Shown in pieces: positions 26,884-39,623 of a stretch of 64,000 bases of DNA. The DNA is taken from assembly GCA_963842015.1 (NCBI GenBank), contig CAWJFG010000019.1, positions 453,297 through 517,296 on the forward strand. Reading direction: 5' to 3'. The number at the start of each line of letters is the position of its first letter. The stretch's first letter is position 1. The notes beneath the pieces were generated by a model. That model was given only the letters and a program-made list of their open reading frames with translations, had not been told where the DNA came from and made no database searches. Source of the DNA: an uncultured Acidimicrobiales bacterium. Its GTDB lineage: Bacteria > Actinomycetota > Acidimicrobiia > Acidimicrobiales > VFJN01. A program made the translations under genes and the position numbers.

Positions 26884-27735
26884 TCAGACCGTCCGGTGGC
26901 TGTTCGCGTGCGCGCCGTTGGCGGGCCCGTCGGAGCCGTCGCCTCGCGTCGCCGCGTCGGAGGCCGGGGCGGCCTCGGCATCCGGGTCAGCGGGAGTCGG
27001 TGCGAGACCCGCCAGCGTCCGGGCCCGGTCACCGGGGCCCGAGTACTTGAGGATGCACCAGACCGCCCGCACGCCGTCGCGCCACCCGATCTTCTTGCCC
27101 TCGGCGTAGGTGCGGCCGTTGTAGCTGATGCCCAGCTCGTAGACCCGCCACCCGGCGCGGGCCACCTTGGCGGTCACCTCGGGCTCGAACCCGAAGCGGT
27201 CCTCCTCCAGGTGGAGCGACTGGATGACCTCGCGGCGGAAGACCTTGTAGCAGGTCTCCATGTCGGTGAGGTTCAGGTTGGTGAACATGTTGGACATCGT
27301 CGTGAGGAACCGGTTGCCGACCGAGTGCCAGTAGTAGAGGACCCGGTGGGGCGCGCTGGAGATGAAGCGCGAGCCGAAGACCACGTCGGCCAGGCCCTCC
27401 TCGAGCGGCTGCACCAGGACCCCGTACTCACGGGGGTCGTACTCGAGGTCGGCGTCCTGCACGAGGACGTAGTCGGAGGTGGCCTCGGCGAAGCCCCGGC
27501 GCAGGGCCGCGCCCTTCCCCCGGTTCTCGGGCTGCAGCAGGACCCGCACGCGCGGGTCGGACAGGGTCTCCAGAACGTCGCGGGTGCCGTCGGTCGACCC
27601 GTCGTCGACGACGAGCACCTCGGCCGTCCAGGGCGAGGCGAGGACCGCGGCCACGACGGTCTCGACGGTCGTGACCTCGTTGAAGCACGGGATCACGACG
27701 GACAGGCACGGTCTCGGCCGGTTGGACTCACTCAC
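26884..27735 (-). CDS. glycosyltransferase family 2 (DPM1/GtrB-like catalytic domain, no TM segment seen)
   Basis: ORF 26884..27735(-). Supporting sequence: SVVIPCFNE, VVDDGSTDGT, NRGKGAALRRG, VQDADLEYDP. Confidence 0.8.
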   Translation of the reverse strand: MSESNRPRPCLSVVIPCFNEVTTVETVVAAVLASPWTAEVLVVDDGSTDGTRDVLETLSDPRVRVLLQPENRGKGAALRRGFAEATSDYVLVQDADLEYDPREYGVLVQPLEEGLADVVFGSRFISSAPHRVLYYWHSVGNRFLTTMSNMFTNLNLTDMETCYKVFRREVIQSLHLEEDRFGFEPEVTAKVARAGWRVYELGISYNGRTYAEGKKIGWRDGVRAVWCILKYSGPGDRARTLAGLAPTPADPDAEAAPASDAATRGDGSDGPANGAHANSHRTV

Positions 27736-27841
27736 CCCAGCGGACCTCCGGCGATCGCAATATCGGCGACGTCACGATCGGCCGATGTTAGGTCGCGAGC
27801 GGGCTTCGGGCTGAACGAGGTCCTCCCCTAGGCTTCGCCGC

Positions 27842-30005
<2,164 letters not shown>

Positions 30006-30129
30006 GCGGACTCCGGGCCTACCGCCTGACATCACCACGACAGCGGGTGCGACAGACGCGATACATCCAGCGCCGCCAGCGCCCCTATTGCTCTGGTCGA
30101 CGCCAGCGCGGACCCCCACAGGCGGTGTG

Positions 30130-31834
30130 TCAGCCGTCGCCGACGAAGCCGAGCGGCGGCCCGATCTCCTCGGGCACCTCGGGGACCGGGTCGAACGCGA
30201 AGATCTGCGTCGTGCGACCCTCGCGCCGGAGCTCGTGGACGAGCCGCAGGCCGGGCACCTCCTCGCCCTCCCGCAACGGCATGAGCTGCGGCCGGAGGCG
30301 CCGGGCCGTGTACCAGTCGGCGACGAGGTACTCGGCGCCGTAATGCCGGCCGTACTCGATGATCTGGTCGAGGTCGGCGTAGGGGATCGCCATCGTCGGC
30401 CGCTCGGCGTAGTACTCGACGACCATGCTGCGGCTCATGACCCGGTGCGTCGGCGTCGATGTTCTCGGCGAGCCACTCGCCCGCGGCCCGCTGGTCCGTG
30501 TGGTCGCTCGGGTGCCGCCACCGCCGGGGCCCCGGAAGCCCTGCACGGACGACAGCACGAGCAGCGCCACGACGGCGAGCGCCGCCGGGCGCCGCCCCGC
30601 TGCGGCAGCGCCACGAGCGCGGCCCCGGCCGGCACGGTGGCCAGCGCAGTGGTGAGCATCAGGTACCGGGGCTGCACGAAGAACACGAGTGCGGTGGCGA
30701 CCGGCAGTGCCCCCACCGCGAGCAAGAGCTGCATGGTCCGGACCCGCCGGTGCCGCCACGCGCCCCAGGCGGCGAGCGGCCACACCGGCAACGGCAGCAG
30801 CAGCCACGACAGCACGCGCCCGGTCTCGGGGTCGGCGACGATCTCGCCCAGAGAGGTGACGTTGGTGCCGACGATGCCGAGGTACCCGCCGGGGTCGTCG
30901 CGGCGAGCGCGGGCAGCGACGTGCGGTCGGCGGCGAACGCGAGCCCGTGTCGTCCAGCTCGTACAGCACGGCGTCGCGGGCACGACGGTCGGAGCTGGCG
31001 ACGGCCTGCCACGCCTCGATCGACGCGTCCTGGGTCTTGGCGCTGAGCTGCCACTCGCCCGTGTGGCGGTGCAGGTAGGCGGCGTAGGGGGCCACGCAGG
31101 CCACGATCGGGACCGCGAACGCGGCGACGAGGACCCCGGCCGAGCGCAGGCGACGGCCGGGTGGCCCGGGGGCCCGGCAGCCGAGCACAACGACGGCGAT
31201 GCCGAGCGGGACGGCGACGAACAATCCCTCGGGCCGGGTCAGATAGGCGAGCCCGACCAACCCGCCGTCCGGCGATGCGCCAAAGGCGCGCGCCCCCACG
31301 GTGGTCGGCGGCGGACACGACCCACCACAGGGCGAGGACGACGACGAGCATGTACTCGGCCTCGGACCCGGCGCCGCGGTTGACCAGGCTCGTCGAGATG
31401 CCGGGCGTCAGGGCGGCGATCCAGGCGACGGCGACGCCGGCCGCCGGGCCGCCGACTCGCCGACCGAGGAGCGCCAGCGGGAGGATGAGCGCCGTGCTGG
31501 CCACCGTGGTCAGCACGACCGTGCCGACGTGGGGATCGGCGAACACCTCACCGGCCAGCCCCAGCAGGAGCGGGACGAACGGTGGGAAGTGCAGCTCGGG
31601 GTGCCCCTCCCGGGCGAACCCGTCGCCCTCCACGAGCGACATGCCCGACCGGAGGTAGGCGGTCTCGTCGGTGGCCGGAGCACCGTCGGTCGTGCTGATG
31701 GCGATGCGCAGCGCAAGGCCGAGGGCCACGGCGGCGAGGACCAGCAGCCAGAAGCGGCGGTCGACGGCCGATCCCCGTTCGTCGGCGCTGGACCCGGGGG
31801 CGGGCGCGACGGTGGGGTCGAGGGTCGTCGTCAC
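30130..31834 (-). pseudogene. GT-C fold membrane glycosyltransferase (GT39/ArnT/PMT_2-like), at least 4 frame breaks
   Basis: The N-terminus is in ORF 30659..31834 (RFWLLVLAAVALGLALRI...DETAYLRSGMSLVEGDGF...HFPPFVPLLL). The middle segments are in ORF 30130..31299 and ORF 30435..31190. The C-terminus is in ORF 30130..31299 (VVEYYAERPTMAIPYADLDQIIEYGRHYGAEYLVADWY). Confidence 0.6.
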
Positions 31835-31849
31835 GCGCGGACTCGTCCC

Positions 31850-32486
31850 TCACGCGGCGGCAACGGCGCGCGAACGGGCACCGACCACGGTCCACGGGAA
31901 CGGCGTGCGGACGCTGACGACGTCGAACCGCGTGGCCACGAGACGGGAGAACCGCCGGGCCGACCAGTGCTGGATGTGACCCGGCGTGTTGCCCATGGCG
32001 GCGAGGTACTTGCCCCGCGCCATGTTGGCGGCCCGCCACACGGGCTCGCGCGGGGACGGAGACGACGAGGTCCCCGCGGCACACGCGGTCGAGCTCGGCC
32101 AGGGCGGCGGTCGGGTCGGGCACGTGCTCGAGCACCTCGACGGCCATGACCAGGTCGAAGCTCGCGGACGGGAACGGCAGCCGGGCGATGTTTCCGTAGA
32201 CGCCGCGCAGGCCGCGCACCGTCCAGTGTGCCGCCAGCGTCGGGTCGGGCAGGTCGACCCCCACGACCAGCGCCCCGGGGTAGCGCTCGCGCACGTGGAC
32301 AGCGACCTCCCCCTCCCCGATGCCGACGTCGAGCACGGTCGTCGGATCCCGGTTCGGGAGGACCCCGCCGAGCACGTCGAAGAAGCCGCGCATGAGGCGC
32401 CGCTCAACCGGGTTCGTGGACCCGTACTTGTCGTAGGTGTTGCCGGTCGGGACGACCCCGGTCACCGTCGGCCGCTCCTGAAGCAC
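31850..32486 (-). pseudogene. class I SAM-dependent methyltransferase, one frame break
   Basis: ORF 31548..32486 covers the N-terminal part (VLDVGIGEGEVA, FDLVMAVEVLEHVPDP ... RGDLVVSVP). The C-terminus (REPVWRAANMARGKYLAAMGNTPGHIQHW) is in the frame of ORF 31850..32407. The break is near 32050. Confidence 0.65.
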
Positions 32487-32669
32487 GCTGTCGATGAAGG
32501 TGGGCTACCACGCTCCCGCTGGCACCCGCTGGCTCCCGACCCCCTGTAACCGAGGTATCGCCGATTCGTTCGCGAGCGTTCACAGGCACGTTGCCGCCCG
32601 TTCACGAGCCGCCTTCGGCTCGTCAGGAGGACGCTCGGGCGTGCAACGGGGCCACCCGGGTGGGTCAGA

Positions 32670-33674
32670 ATGACCGCCGTGCCCGAACCCCCGACCGACG
32701 CCCGACCCCGCGTCCGGCGTCGCACGATGGCGGTCACTGGCCTCGTGGGCGCGGCGATCGGGCTCACGTGTGCCGGATTCGTCGGCGCCCGCCTGGCGTC
32801 CCAGTGGGCCGAGGTCCGGGACGCGGTCGCCGACGCCTCGTACGCGTGGATCGGCGCCGCTCTCGTGTGCGCGGCCGCGGGCATGTCGTGGATCGCTGCT
32901 GTGCTGGCGGCGGGCGTTGGCGCTCTCGGGCGCGGTCCCGAGCCGCCGCCACGTGGTGGCCTGGTACTACGGGGCGAGATCGGCAAGTACGTGCCCGGCG
33001 GCGTGTGGCCGGTCCTGGGCCGGGGCGAGCTGGCCCGGCGTGGCGGCGTCGCCCGCACGCGCGCCTACCCGAGCGTGGGCCTGTCCCTCGTGGCCCTCTA
33101 CCTGGCGGCCCTCGGCGTGGCAGCCGCGCTCGTGCCGCTGGACCTCGCCGAGCAGGCCGAATCCCCGGCGGCGCTGGCGCTGCTGGTGCTGCTGCCGCTC
33201 GGTCTCGGCGTGCTGCACCCGCGGGTGCTCGGCTGGGCCCGCGACCACGTGGCCCGCCTCACCGGTCGGGGGGCCGACGTCGTCATCCCTCCGTGGGGGG
33301 CGACGGTCCGCCTGGTCGTGAGCTACGTGCCGGCCTGGCTGTGCATCTGGGCGGCCACGTGGTGCTGCGCCCGGGCGCTGATGCCTGATCCCCCGGTGCT
33401 GCGCACCGGCATCGCCACGATGCTGTCGTGGACGGCCGGCTTCGTGGCGGTCCCCGTCCCGGCCGGTGCCGGCGTGCGTGAGGCCGTGTTCGTGGCCGCG
33501 TCCGGCCTGCCTGCCGGGCTCGGCGCGACCATCGCCGTCGGCAGCCGCCTCCTGTTCCTTGTCGTCGACATCGCCGGGGCGGTCCTGACGGGCCCCTGGC
33601 ACCGCGGCTCGTCCGTAGACTCGGGCCGGGTTCCGCCGGGACTCACCGCTGCGCCGGGCCTCGACCGCCGCTGA
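32670..33674 (+). pseudogene. UPF0104 / lysylphosphatidylglycerol-synthase-TM (flippase-like) membrane protein, copy 1, with a compensated indel pair
   Basis: ORF 32670..33674(+) stays open throughout. Between about 32889 and 32985, however, the family-like sequence (LLCWRRALALSGAVPSRRHVVAWYYG) is in the frame of ORF 32770..33321. The protein then returns to EIGKYVPGGVWP and later GFVAVPVPAGAGVREA. Confidence 0.6.
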
Positions 33675-33699
33675 CGACACCGCCGCTGACGACACCACC

Positions 33700-34694
33700 G
33701 TGACGACCGACACAGACGACCTCGCGCGCCGCCTGGCCCAGGGCAACCGGCGCGCCCTGGCCCGTTCGATCACCCTCGTCGAGTCGACCCGCGCCGACCG
33801 ACGGGCCGCGGCCGCCGGGCTGCTCGACGCCGTGTTGCCGGCGACGGGCGGCGCGGCCGCGTCGGCATCAGCGGCACCCCGGGCGCCGGCAAGTCGACGT
33901 TCATCGACGAGCTGGGCTCGCACCTCACGGCGGGCGGGCACCGCGTGGCCGTGCTGGCGGTCGACCCCTCGAGCCGGCGCAGCGGCGGGTCGATCATGGG
34001 CGACAAGACCCGCATGGAACGCCTCGCCCGCGACGAGGCGGCCTTCATCCGCCCGTCGCCGTCGGGGGAACGCTGGGGGGCGTCGCCCGGCGGCACGCGC
34101 GAGGCCATGCTGCTGTGCGAGGCCGCCGGTTTCGACGTCGTGCTCGTCGAGACGGTCGGCGTCGGCCAGTCCGAGACCGTGGTCGCCGACATGGTCGACT
34201 GCTTCGTCCTGCTGGCCGCCCCCGGGGGCGGCGACGAGCTCCAGGGCATCAAGCGGGGGATCACGGAGCTGGCCGACGTGATCGTGGTCAACAAGGCCGA
34301 CGGCGACCTCGAACCGGCGGCGGGCCGGGCCGTCGCCGACTACCGCCACGCCGTGCACCTGCTGCGGGCCAAGCACCCGGGCTGGGCCGTGCCCGTGGTG
34401 GCGGCGTCGGCCCTGCGGGGCGCGGGCGTCGACGACGTGTGGGGCCAGATCGAGCGGTTCGAAGCCCACCTGCGGGCCGACGGCGGCCTCGACCGGCTCC
34501 GGGCCGGCCAGGCCGTCGAGTGGATGTGGGCCGAGGTCCGCGAGCAGCTGTTCGACCACTTCGCCCACGACCGGCCGTGGCCGGGCGGACGGCCGAGACC
34601 GAGGCCGACGTGCGCGCCGGCCGCCTGTCCCCCACCACCGGCGCCCACGACCTGCTCACCGCCCACGGGCTGCCCGAGCGACGACGAGCCGTAG
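33700..34694 (+). pseudogene. meaB: methylmalonyl-CoA mutase-associated GTPase MeaB/ArgK, several frame breaks
   Basis: The ATG at 33700 ([29 protein letters not shown]) opens the gene. A 1-nt deletion at about 33858 moves it into the frame of ORF 33945 ([20 protein letters not shown], ...[17 protein letters not shown]). There is a compensated pair at 34068/34094. Near 34570 it shifts into the frame of ORF 34115 ([29 protein letters not shown]). The 3' end is uncertain (34694 or 34786). Confidence 0.7.
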
Positions 34695-34775
34695 CGGCTT
34701 CCCCGGGGTCACCGCGAGTGCCCGAGGTGACAACATCGGGGGACAGCACCGCCGACCCAGAAGGATCTCCCGCCG

Positions 34776-35740
34776 ATGAGCACTGATTTGCGAGCCGCCG
34801 CCCGCAGCCTCGCCGTCAGGTCGTACCGCAAGGTCGGTGCGCTGGGCCGCCAGGTGCTCGGCGAGGATCCGGCGGCCCCGGCGGCCCCGCCGGCCCCCGC
34901 AGCCGCCGCGGCCGGCGCCGATCCCGTGGCGCCGCCGGCCCCGGCCGCTCCCGATGCCGACAACCCGCCGTGGCTGCCGTTGCCCGACGCCGCGGGCGTG
35001 ATCTGCAACATCTGTCGCTGGCAGGGCGACGCCTTCGGTGGGCGCCAGCACGTCGAGTTCTCGCAGTGCCCCGCCTGCGGCAGCAACGGGCGCGACCGCT
35101 TCCTCCACTGGTGCCTGACCCAGCGGGTCGACCTCGACGCCGCGCTGCGGGTGATCGAGTGCAGCCCCCGCCTGGGCGAGGCGTACCGAGAAGCGATGTC
35201 GACGTGGTTCTTCTACCGCACGAGCGACTACGACCTGCGCGCCCACCGGGGCAACCTGCACCTCGACCTGCAGGCCATCGACCTGCCGGACGCGTGCCTC
35301 GACGTCGTCCTGTGCGCGCACGTGCTCGAGCACGTGCCCGATACCGGCAAGGCGCTGAGCGAGCTGCGGCGCACGATCGCGCCGGGCGGCCACCTGCTCC
35401 TGCAGGTCCCGGTGCTGCAGGGCCGCACCGCGCCCCCACCGAGCCCGAGTTCCACGGCGACAACACGCCCGTCTACTGGCGCTTCGGCTTCGATCTCACG
35501 GCCCGGCTGCGCGACGAGGGCTTCGAGACGACGCTCCTGTGCACCGAGGCGCTGGCCGACGCCGCCGGCTCGGGCGAGAACCCGTGGACCGAGTGGTCGG
35601 GCGAGTTCGACGTGCCCGACATCCTCGCCGGGGCGATCGCCGAGGACCTGACGGTCGTGGCCGACCGGGCGACGTCGACCCGCCTCGGCATCGACCCCGG
35701 CTACATGTACCTCACGTGGGACTGCGCCGTCCCGCGCTGA
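34776..35740 (+). pseudogene. SAM-dependent methyltransferase with an N-terminal CxxC...CxxC zinc-ribbon-like segment, one frame break
   Basis: ORF 34776..35651 covers the gene up to LQVPVLQGRTAPP (CNICRWQGD...CPACGS; VVLCAHVLEHVPD; PGGHLLLQVP). After about 35438 it continues in the frame of ORF 34970..35740 (TEPEFHGDNTPVYWRFGFDL). Confidence 0.65.
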
Positions 35741-36784
35741 CCGCCGGCTCGGTGTCGCCGGCAGGGGCGACCTCGCCAGCGTCGGGCGCCGCACCGTTGG
35801 TGACCGTGTCGCCGACCCGCTGGTAGTGCGTCGGCTCGACGCCCATCGCCAGCTCGAGGCGGCGGACGCGCTGCAGCGTCATCTGCGACACCGAGCGGTT
35901 GGCCGCGACGACGTCGGCGATCACGCCGAGGGCGAACACCTGCACCGCCGCCATGAACAGGACACCGCCGAGGATGATCGACTGCAGGTGACCCGACCGT
36001 TCACCATCGACGAGCCAGCTCCACAGGAACGGGGTCCACGCCGCCAGGCCGGCGACGAACAGGAACCCGGCCAGGATCGAGAACACCGTCAGCGGCTCGT
36101 ACCCGGTGTAGATGCGGAAGATGGCGAGCATGTTGCGCCGGACGTAGGCCCACATCGAGCCGAACAAGCGCGACTCGCGTAGCTGGACGTTGGTCCGCAC
36201 CGGGACGTGGTCGACCGCGACCTGGCTCTTGCCTGCCTGGATGAGCGACTCGAGGGTGTAGGTGAACTTCGAAACCACAGTGAGCCCAGCGCCGCCTCGC
36301 GGTTGTAGGCACGGAAGCCCGAGGTCGCGTCGGGCACGTTGGTGCCCGACGCCTGGCGCACCACCCAGCTGCCCACGCGCTGGAGCCGCTTCTTGACCGA
36401 CGAGAAGTGCTCGATCGGACATCACCTGGCGGTCGCCGATCACCATGTCGGCCTCGCCGGCGACGATCGGCTCGACGAGCCGGGGATGTCGGCCGCGGCG
36501 TACTGGTTGTCGGCGTCGGTGTTGACGATGACGTCCGCCCCGAGCTTCAGCGAGGCGTCGAGGCCTGCCTGGAAGGCGGTGGCGAGGCCCTTGTTGTTCG
36601 TCAGCTTGATGATGTGCTCGACGCCGTGGGCCCGCGCCACCTCGATGGTGCGGTCGGTCGACCCGTCGTCGATCATCAGCCACTCGACGGTGTCGAACCC
36701 GGGCACCTCGCGCGGGAGCTCGCCGAGCGTGATCGGGAGCTGGGCCTCCTCGTCGAGGCACGGGATCTGGATGATGAGCTTCAT
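35712..36784 (-). pseudogene. membrane-anchored GT2 (GtrB/polyprenyl-phosphate glycosyltransferase-like, two C-terminal TM helices), about 3 frame breaks
   Basis: The N-terminus is in ORF 36440..36784 ([13 protein letters not shown]...[10 protein letters not shown]...NTDADNQY). The middle ([28 protein letters not shown]) is in ORF 36089..36376. The C-terminus is in ORF 35712..36863 ([11 protein letters not shown]...TVFSILAGFLFVAGLAAW...ILGGVLFMAAVQVFALGVIAD). Confidence 0.65.
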
Positions 36785-36802
36785 CTACGTTCCAACGGGA
36801 GG

Positions 36803-37876
36803 TCAGGGCGGGCCGCGGAGACGGGCCGGGAGGGGTGAGGGCACGGCCACCATGGTGACGCATCCCGCCACCCCAGGCGACATGCGCCGCCGGGTCAGGC
36901 GACCTTTCGCAGCCACAGGTTGCCGCCGGCGTTCTCGCGCCAATGCCGGGGTCCGCGCCTCAAGCGCCGCCCGGTGCCGCGACCACATCAGGTGCTGGAA
37001 CCAGGTGATCTCGAAGGCCGGGTTGTACATCAGGAACGCGCGCAGGAGGTGGCCTCCTGCCAAGCCCGGCCCTCGTGCACCCACGGCGCCGGGTACTCGA
37101 AGGGGAAGAAGATGTCGTGGATGTGGATGACCACGCCCGGGGCCAGGGCGGGCAGCACCTCGAAGTACAGGTGGTTGACGTCGGACCCGGCCTTGACCAC
37201 GTGCGTCGAGTCGATGAACAGCACGTCGCCGGCCTGGAGCGAGGCGAACACGTCGAGCGGGACGTCCTGGACGCCGACGTCGAGGATGTCGACCCGTTCG
37301 TCGTCCCCCGGGCGCAGCAGGCTGCGGAGCAGCTCGTCGTAGGGCTCGACGAACGTGAGCTCGACCCCGGGCTCGAGCCAGTGCTCGGTCGTGTCGAGGA
37401 TCATCGCCGACGAGTAGCCCGACCCGACCTCGACCACCCGCCGGGGCCGGACGTGGCGCAGCATCGCGTGCAGGATCAACCCGTCGCCCCAGGCGTAGGC
37501 CGGGTTGTCGAAGTAGTAGCGGAACTTGTCGCCGCGCTCGTCGTCGGGAACGGGACGTCGGCGAGGATGTCCGCCAGCTCGTCGAACAGGGCGAGCTGCT
37601 CGGCCTCGCGGAGGTCGATGCCCGCAGGCTGCGCGTCGAGCGCCAGGATCTGCGCCGACCGCTTGTCGAACTCGGCCAGGTCGGGGAACGGCGGTAGAAG
37701 TGCCCCGGTGGCACCCAACTGCCGAACACGCCTTCGACGTGGCCCTTCTCGAGGGCGAGCCGGTGGTGGACCCTGGCGAGGTGGACGTAGCGGCTGCGGG
37801 GCACGACCGGGCTCAGGTCGCGCAGCCGCCTCCGCAGGGTGACGCGCCAGGTCGAGTTGTCGACGGGATCTTGCAC
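36803..37876 (-). pseudogene. class I SAM-dependent methyltransferase (Methyltransf_24-like), about 4 frame breaks
   Basis: The segments are MQDPVDNS...WVPPGHFY (ORF 36803..37876), PDLAEFDKRSAQILALDAQPAGIDL (ORF 37476..38297), ILHAMLRHVRPRRVVEVGSGYSSAMILD...LFIDSTHVVKAGSDVNHLYFEVLP...HIHDIFFPFEYP (ORF 37030..37479), and LLRAFLMYNPAFEI (the 36803 frame). Confidence 0.6.
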
Positions 37877-38012
37877 GAATCCTCCCCGATGGAGCCGGGA
37901 GACGACGGTAGCCGCCCGCAGCGGGGCGCCGAACAGGAGTGGAACAGCGACCCCTCGGCCGTCCGCCGGCCACCGCTACAGTCGCTGACCGTCCGCCGAG
38001 AGTCAGGTCACC

Positions 38013-39623
38013 TTGCCCACCGTCCCGAGCCCTCCCACCACGCCCGTCGTCGCCCAGATCGGCGCGTTCGACCTCGCCAGCTACGGCGACCAGATCTTCC
38101 CGCTCGTGGCCGCCCACGAGCTCGGGCGGCGCCTCGACGGCGTCGAACTCGTGCCCTTCGGCCCCGTGGGGTCGACGGGGACTCCGTCCGGGCCCGGGTC
38201 CCGAACCTGGGCCCTCGGCCCGTGGAGCCCCGAGCGGGCCGCGGCCGTTGCCCGCCGGGCCACCCTCGTGCTGTGCGGCGGCGGCGAGTTCGTCCAAGGC
38301 GACGGCGGCATCTACGCCCCTTCTACGGCATCGACCCCGCCGACGCCGCCGAGCTGCGGATGGACCGCTGGTTCATCGAGGTGCTGGGTGCGGCCGAGGC
38401 CACCTGCCCGGTGGTGTGGCATGCACCGGGCGTGCCGGCCGACCTCGACGACGGCGACGCCGAGCGGGTGCGGGCCGCGGTCGCCGGCCGGGCCGTCGTG
38501 GCGGTGCGGGACGAGCTGTCGCGCGCCCGGCTCGAGGCCGCGGGCGTCGAGCGCGAGATCGCCGTCGTGCCCGACTCGGCCCTCCTCCTCCCCCGCGTCC
38601 TGACGCCGGCGACGCTCGCCGGGCACCGCGAGCGCCTCCGGGCCGATGACCGGTACCCGGCCGACGGGCCGGTGGTCGTCGTCCAGGGCAACCACACGAT
38701 GACGCGAGTTCGCCGCCCCGCTCGCCGCAGCCCTCACCGCCAAGGTGCCCGGCGCCCGGGTGGTGCTCGTGTCGGTCAGCCCGTGCCACGAGGACGGGCG
38801 GTTCGCCGACGAGGTCGCCGCGGCACTCCCGGGCCGCGCCTGGCGCGTGCCCGACGACTCTCCGCTCGAGGCGGTCGCGGCGGCGATCGCCGGCGCGGAC
38901 TGCTTCCTCGGAGTGTCGCTGCACGGGGCGATCACCGCCCACGCGTACGGGCGGCCGCACGTGACCTTCGACCCCTTCGGGCACCCGAAGCTCGAGGGGT
39001 TCGCGGACCTCGTCGGCACGCGGGGCTGGATCGCCCACGATCCCGAGTCGGCCGCGGCCGCCGTGGTTCGCCGGCTCGCCGCTGGCCCCGTCGTACCGGA
39101 CCGCGCCGTCGAGGCCCGCATCGACGCCCACTTCGACCGGGTCGCCGAGCTGTGCGAGGCACGGCGCTCGGTCCCTCTCGACCCGCTGACCTGGGACGAC
39201 ACGGCGGCGTGCCTCCACCTCTCGCTCCGCCGGGTGCCCCGCCAGGTGAATCCCGTCCCGATCGACCCCGTCCCGGGCCTCCGGCGCCCCGACGTCGAGC
39301 CCACCCACGACGACCTGCGGGCCACCCTCGCCAGCGTGCTCACCGCCGCGCCAGCCAGCGGGCCGAGGTGGTCGGCAACCAGGCCGAGCTGGTGCGCCTG
39401 CGCGTGGAGAACCGCGACCTGCGGGGCGCGCTGGCCCACCTCGAGGGCCTTCGCAACGGGCGCTCGAGGCCCGCCTCGAGCTGGTCGAGGGCGAGCGCGC
39501 CGAGGTCTCCGCCATCCTCGACGGGCGCACGCGCCAGCCGGATCTACCGCCTCACCAGGCGCCCGGCCGCACTGGGCCGCGAGCCGGCTGCGACGGCGAC
39601 GGGTGACCCGGCCGCCGGGCTAG
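38013..39623 (+). pseudogene. polysaccharide pyruvyl transferase family protein with a C-terminal coiled-coil region, at least 4 frame breaks
   Basis: The N-terminus is in ORF 38013 (VVAQIGAFDLASYGDQIFPLVAAHELGRRL...LCGGGEF). The next part is in ORF 37526..40078 (FYGIDPADAAELRMDRWFIEVL...VAVRDELSRARLEAAGV). Then comes ORF 38745 (VVLVSVSPCHEDGRFADEV...FLGVSLHGAITAHAYGRPHV). The heptad-like tail (AELVRLRVENRDLRGALAHLEGL, ALEARLELVEGERAEV) lies at about 39350-39520. Confidence 0.55.

Noticed and set aside
23462-27109. A 1215-aa plus-strand ORF, the longest in the window
   Set aside because: It runs antisense to five well-supported minus-strand genes (LpdA-like, secreted protein, fetB, fetA, GT2). 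Its translation is Arg/Gly/Ala/Pro-rich with no recognisable motif. This is the classic shadow ORF of a >70 % GC genome.
30006-30129. The intergenic region after the mutase, with a duplicated cgccagcgc word, considered as a possible terminator or small RNA
   Set aside because: The direct 9-mers do not form a convincing stem-loop and there is no U-tract. The evidence from sequence alone is insufficient.
34860-34960. GC-rich quasi-repetitive DNA (ggccccggcggccccgccggccccc...) that looks like a tandem repeat
   Set aside because: It lies in frame inside the methyltransferase gene and encodes a Pro/Ala-rich linker (PAAPAAPPAPAAAAAGADPVAPPAPAAP). It has no exact unit periodicity, so it is low-complexity coding sequence.
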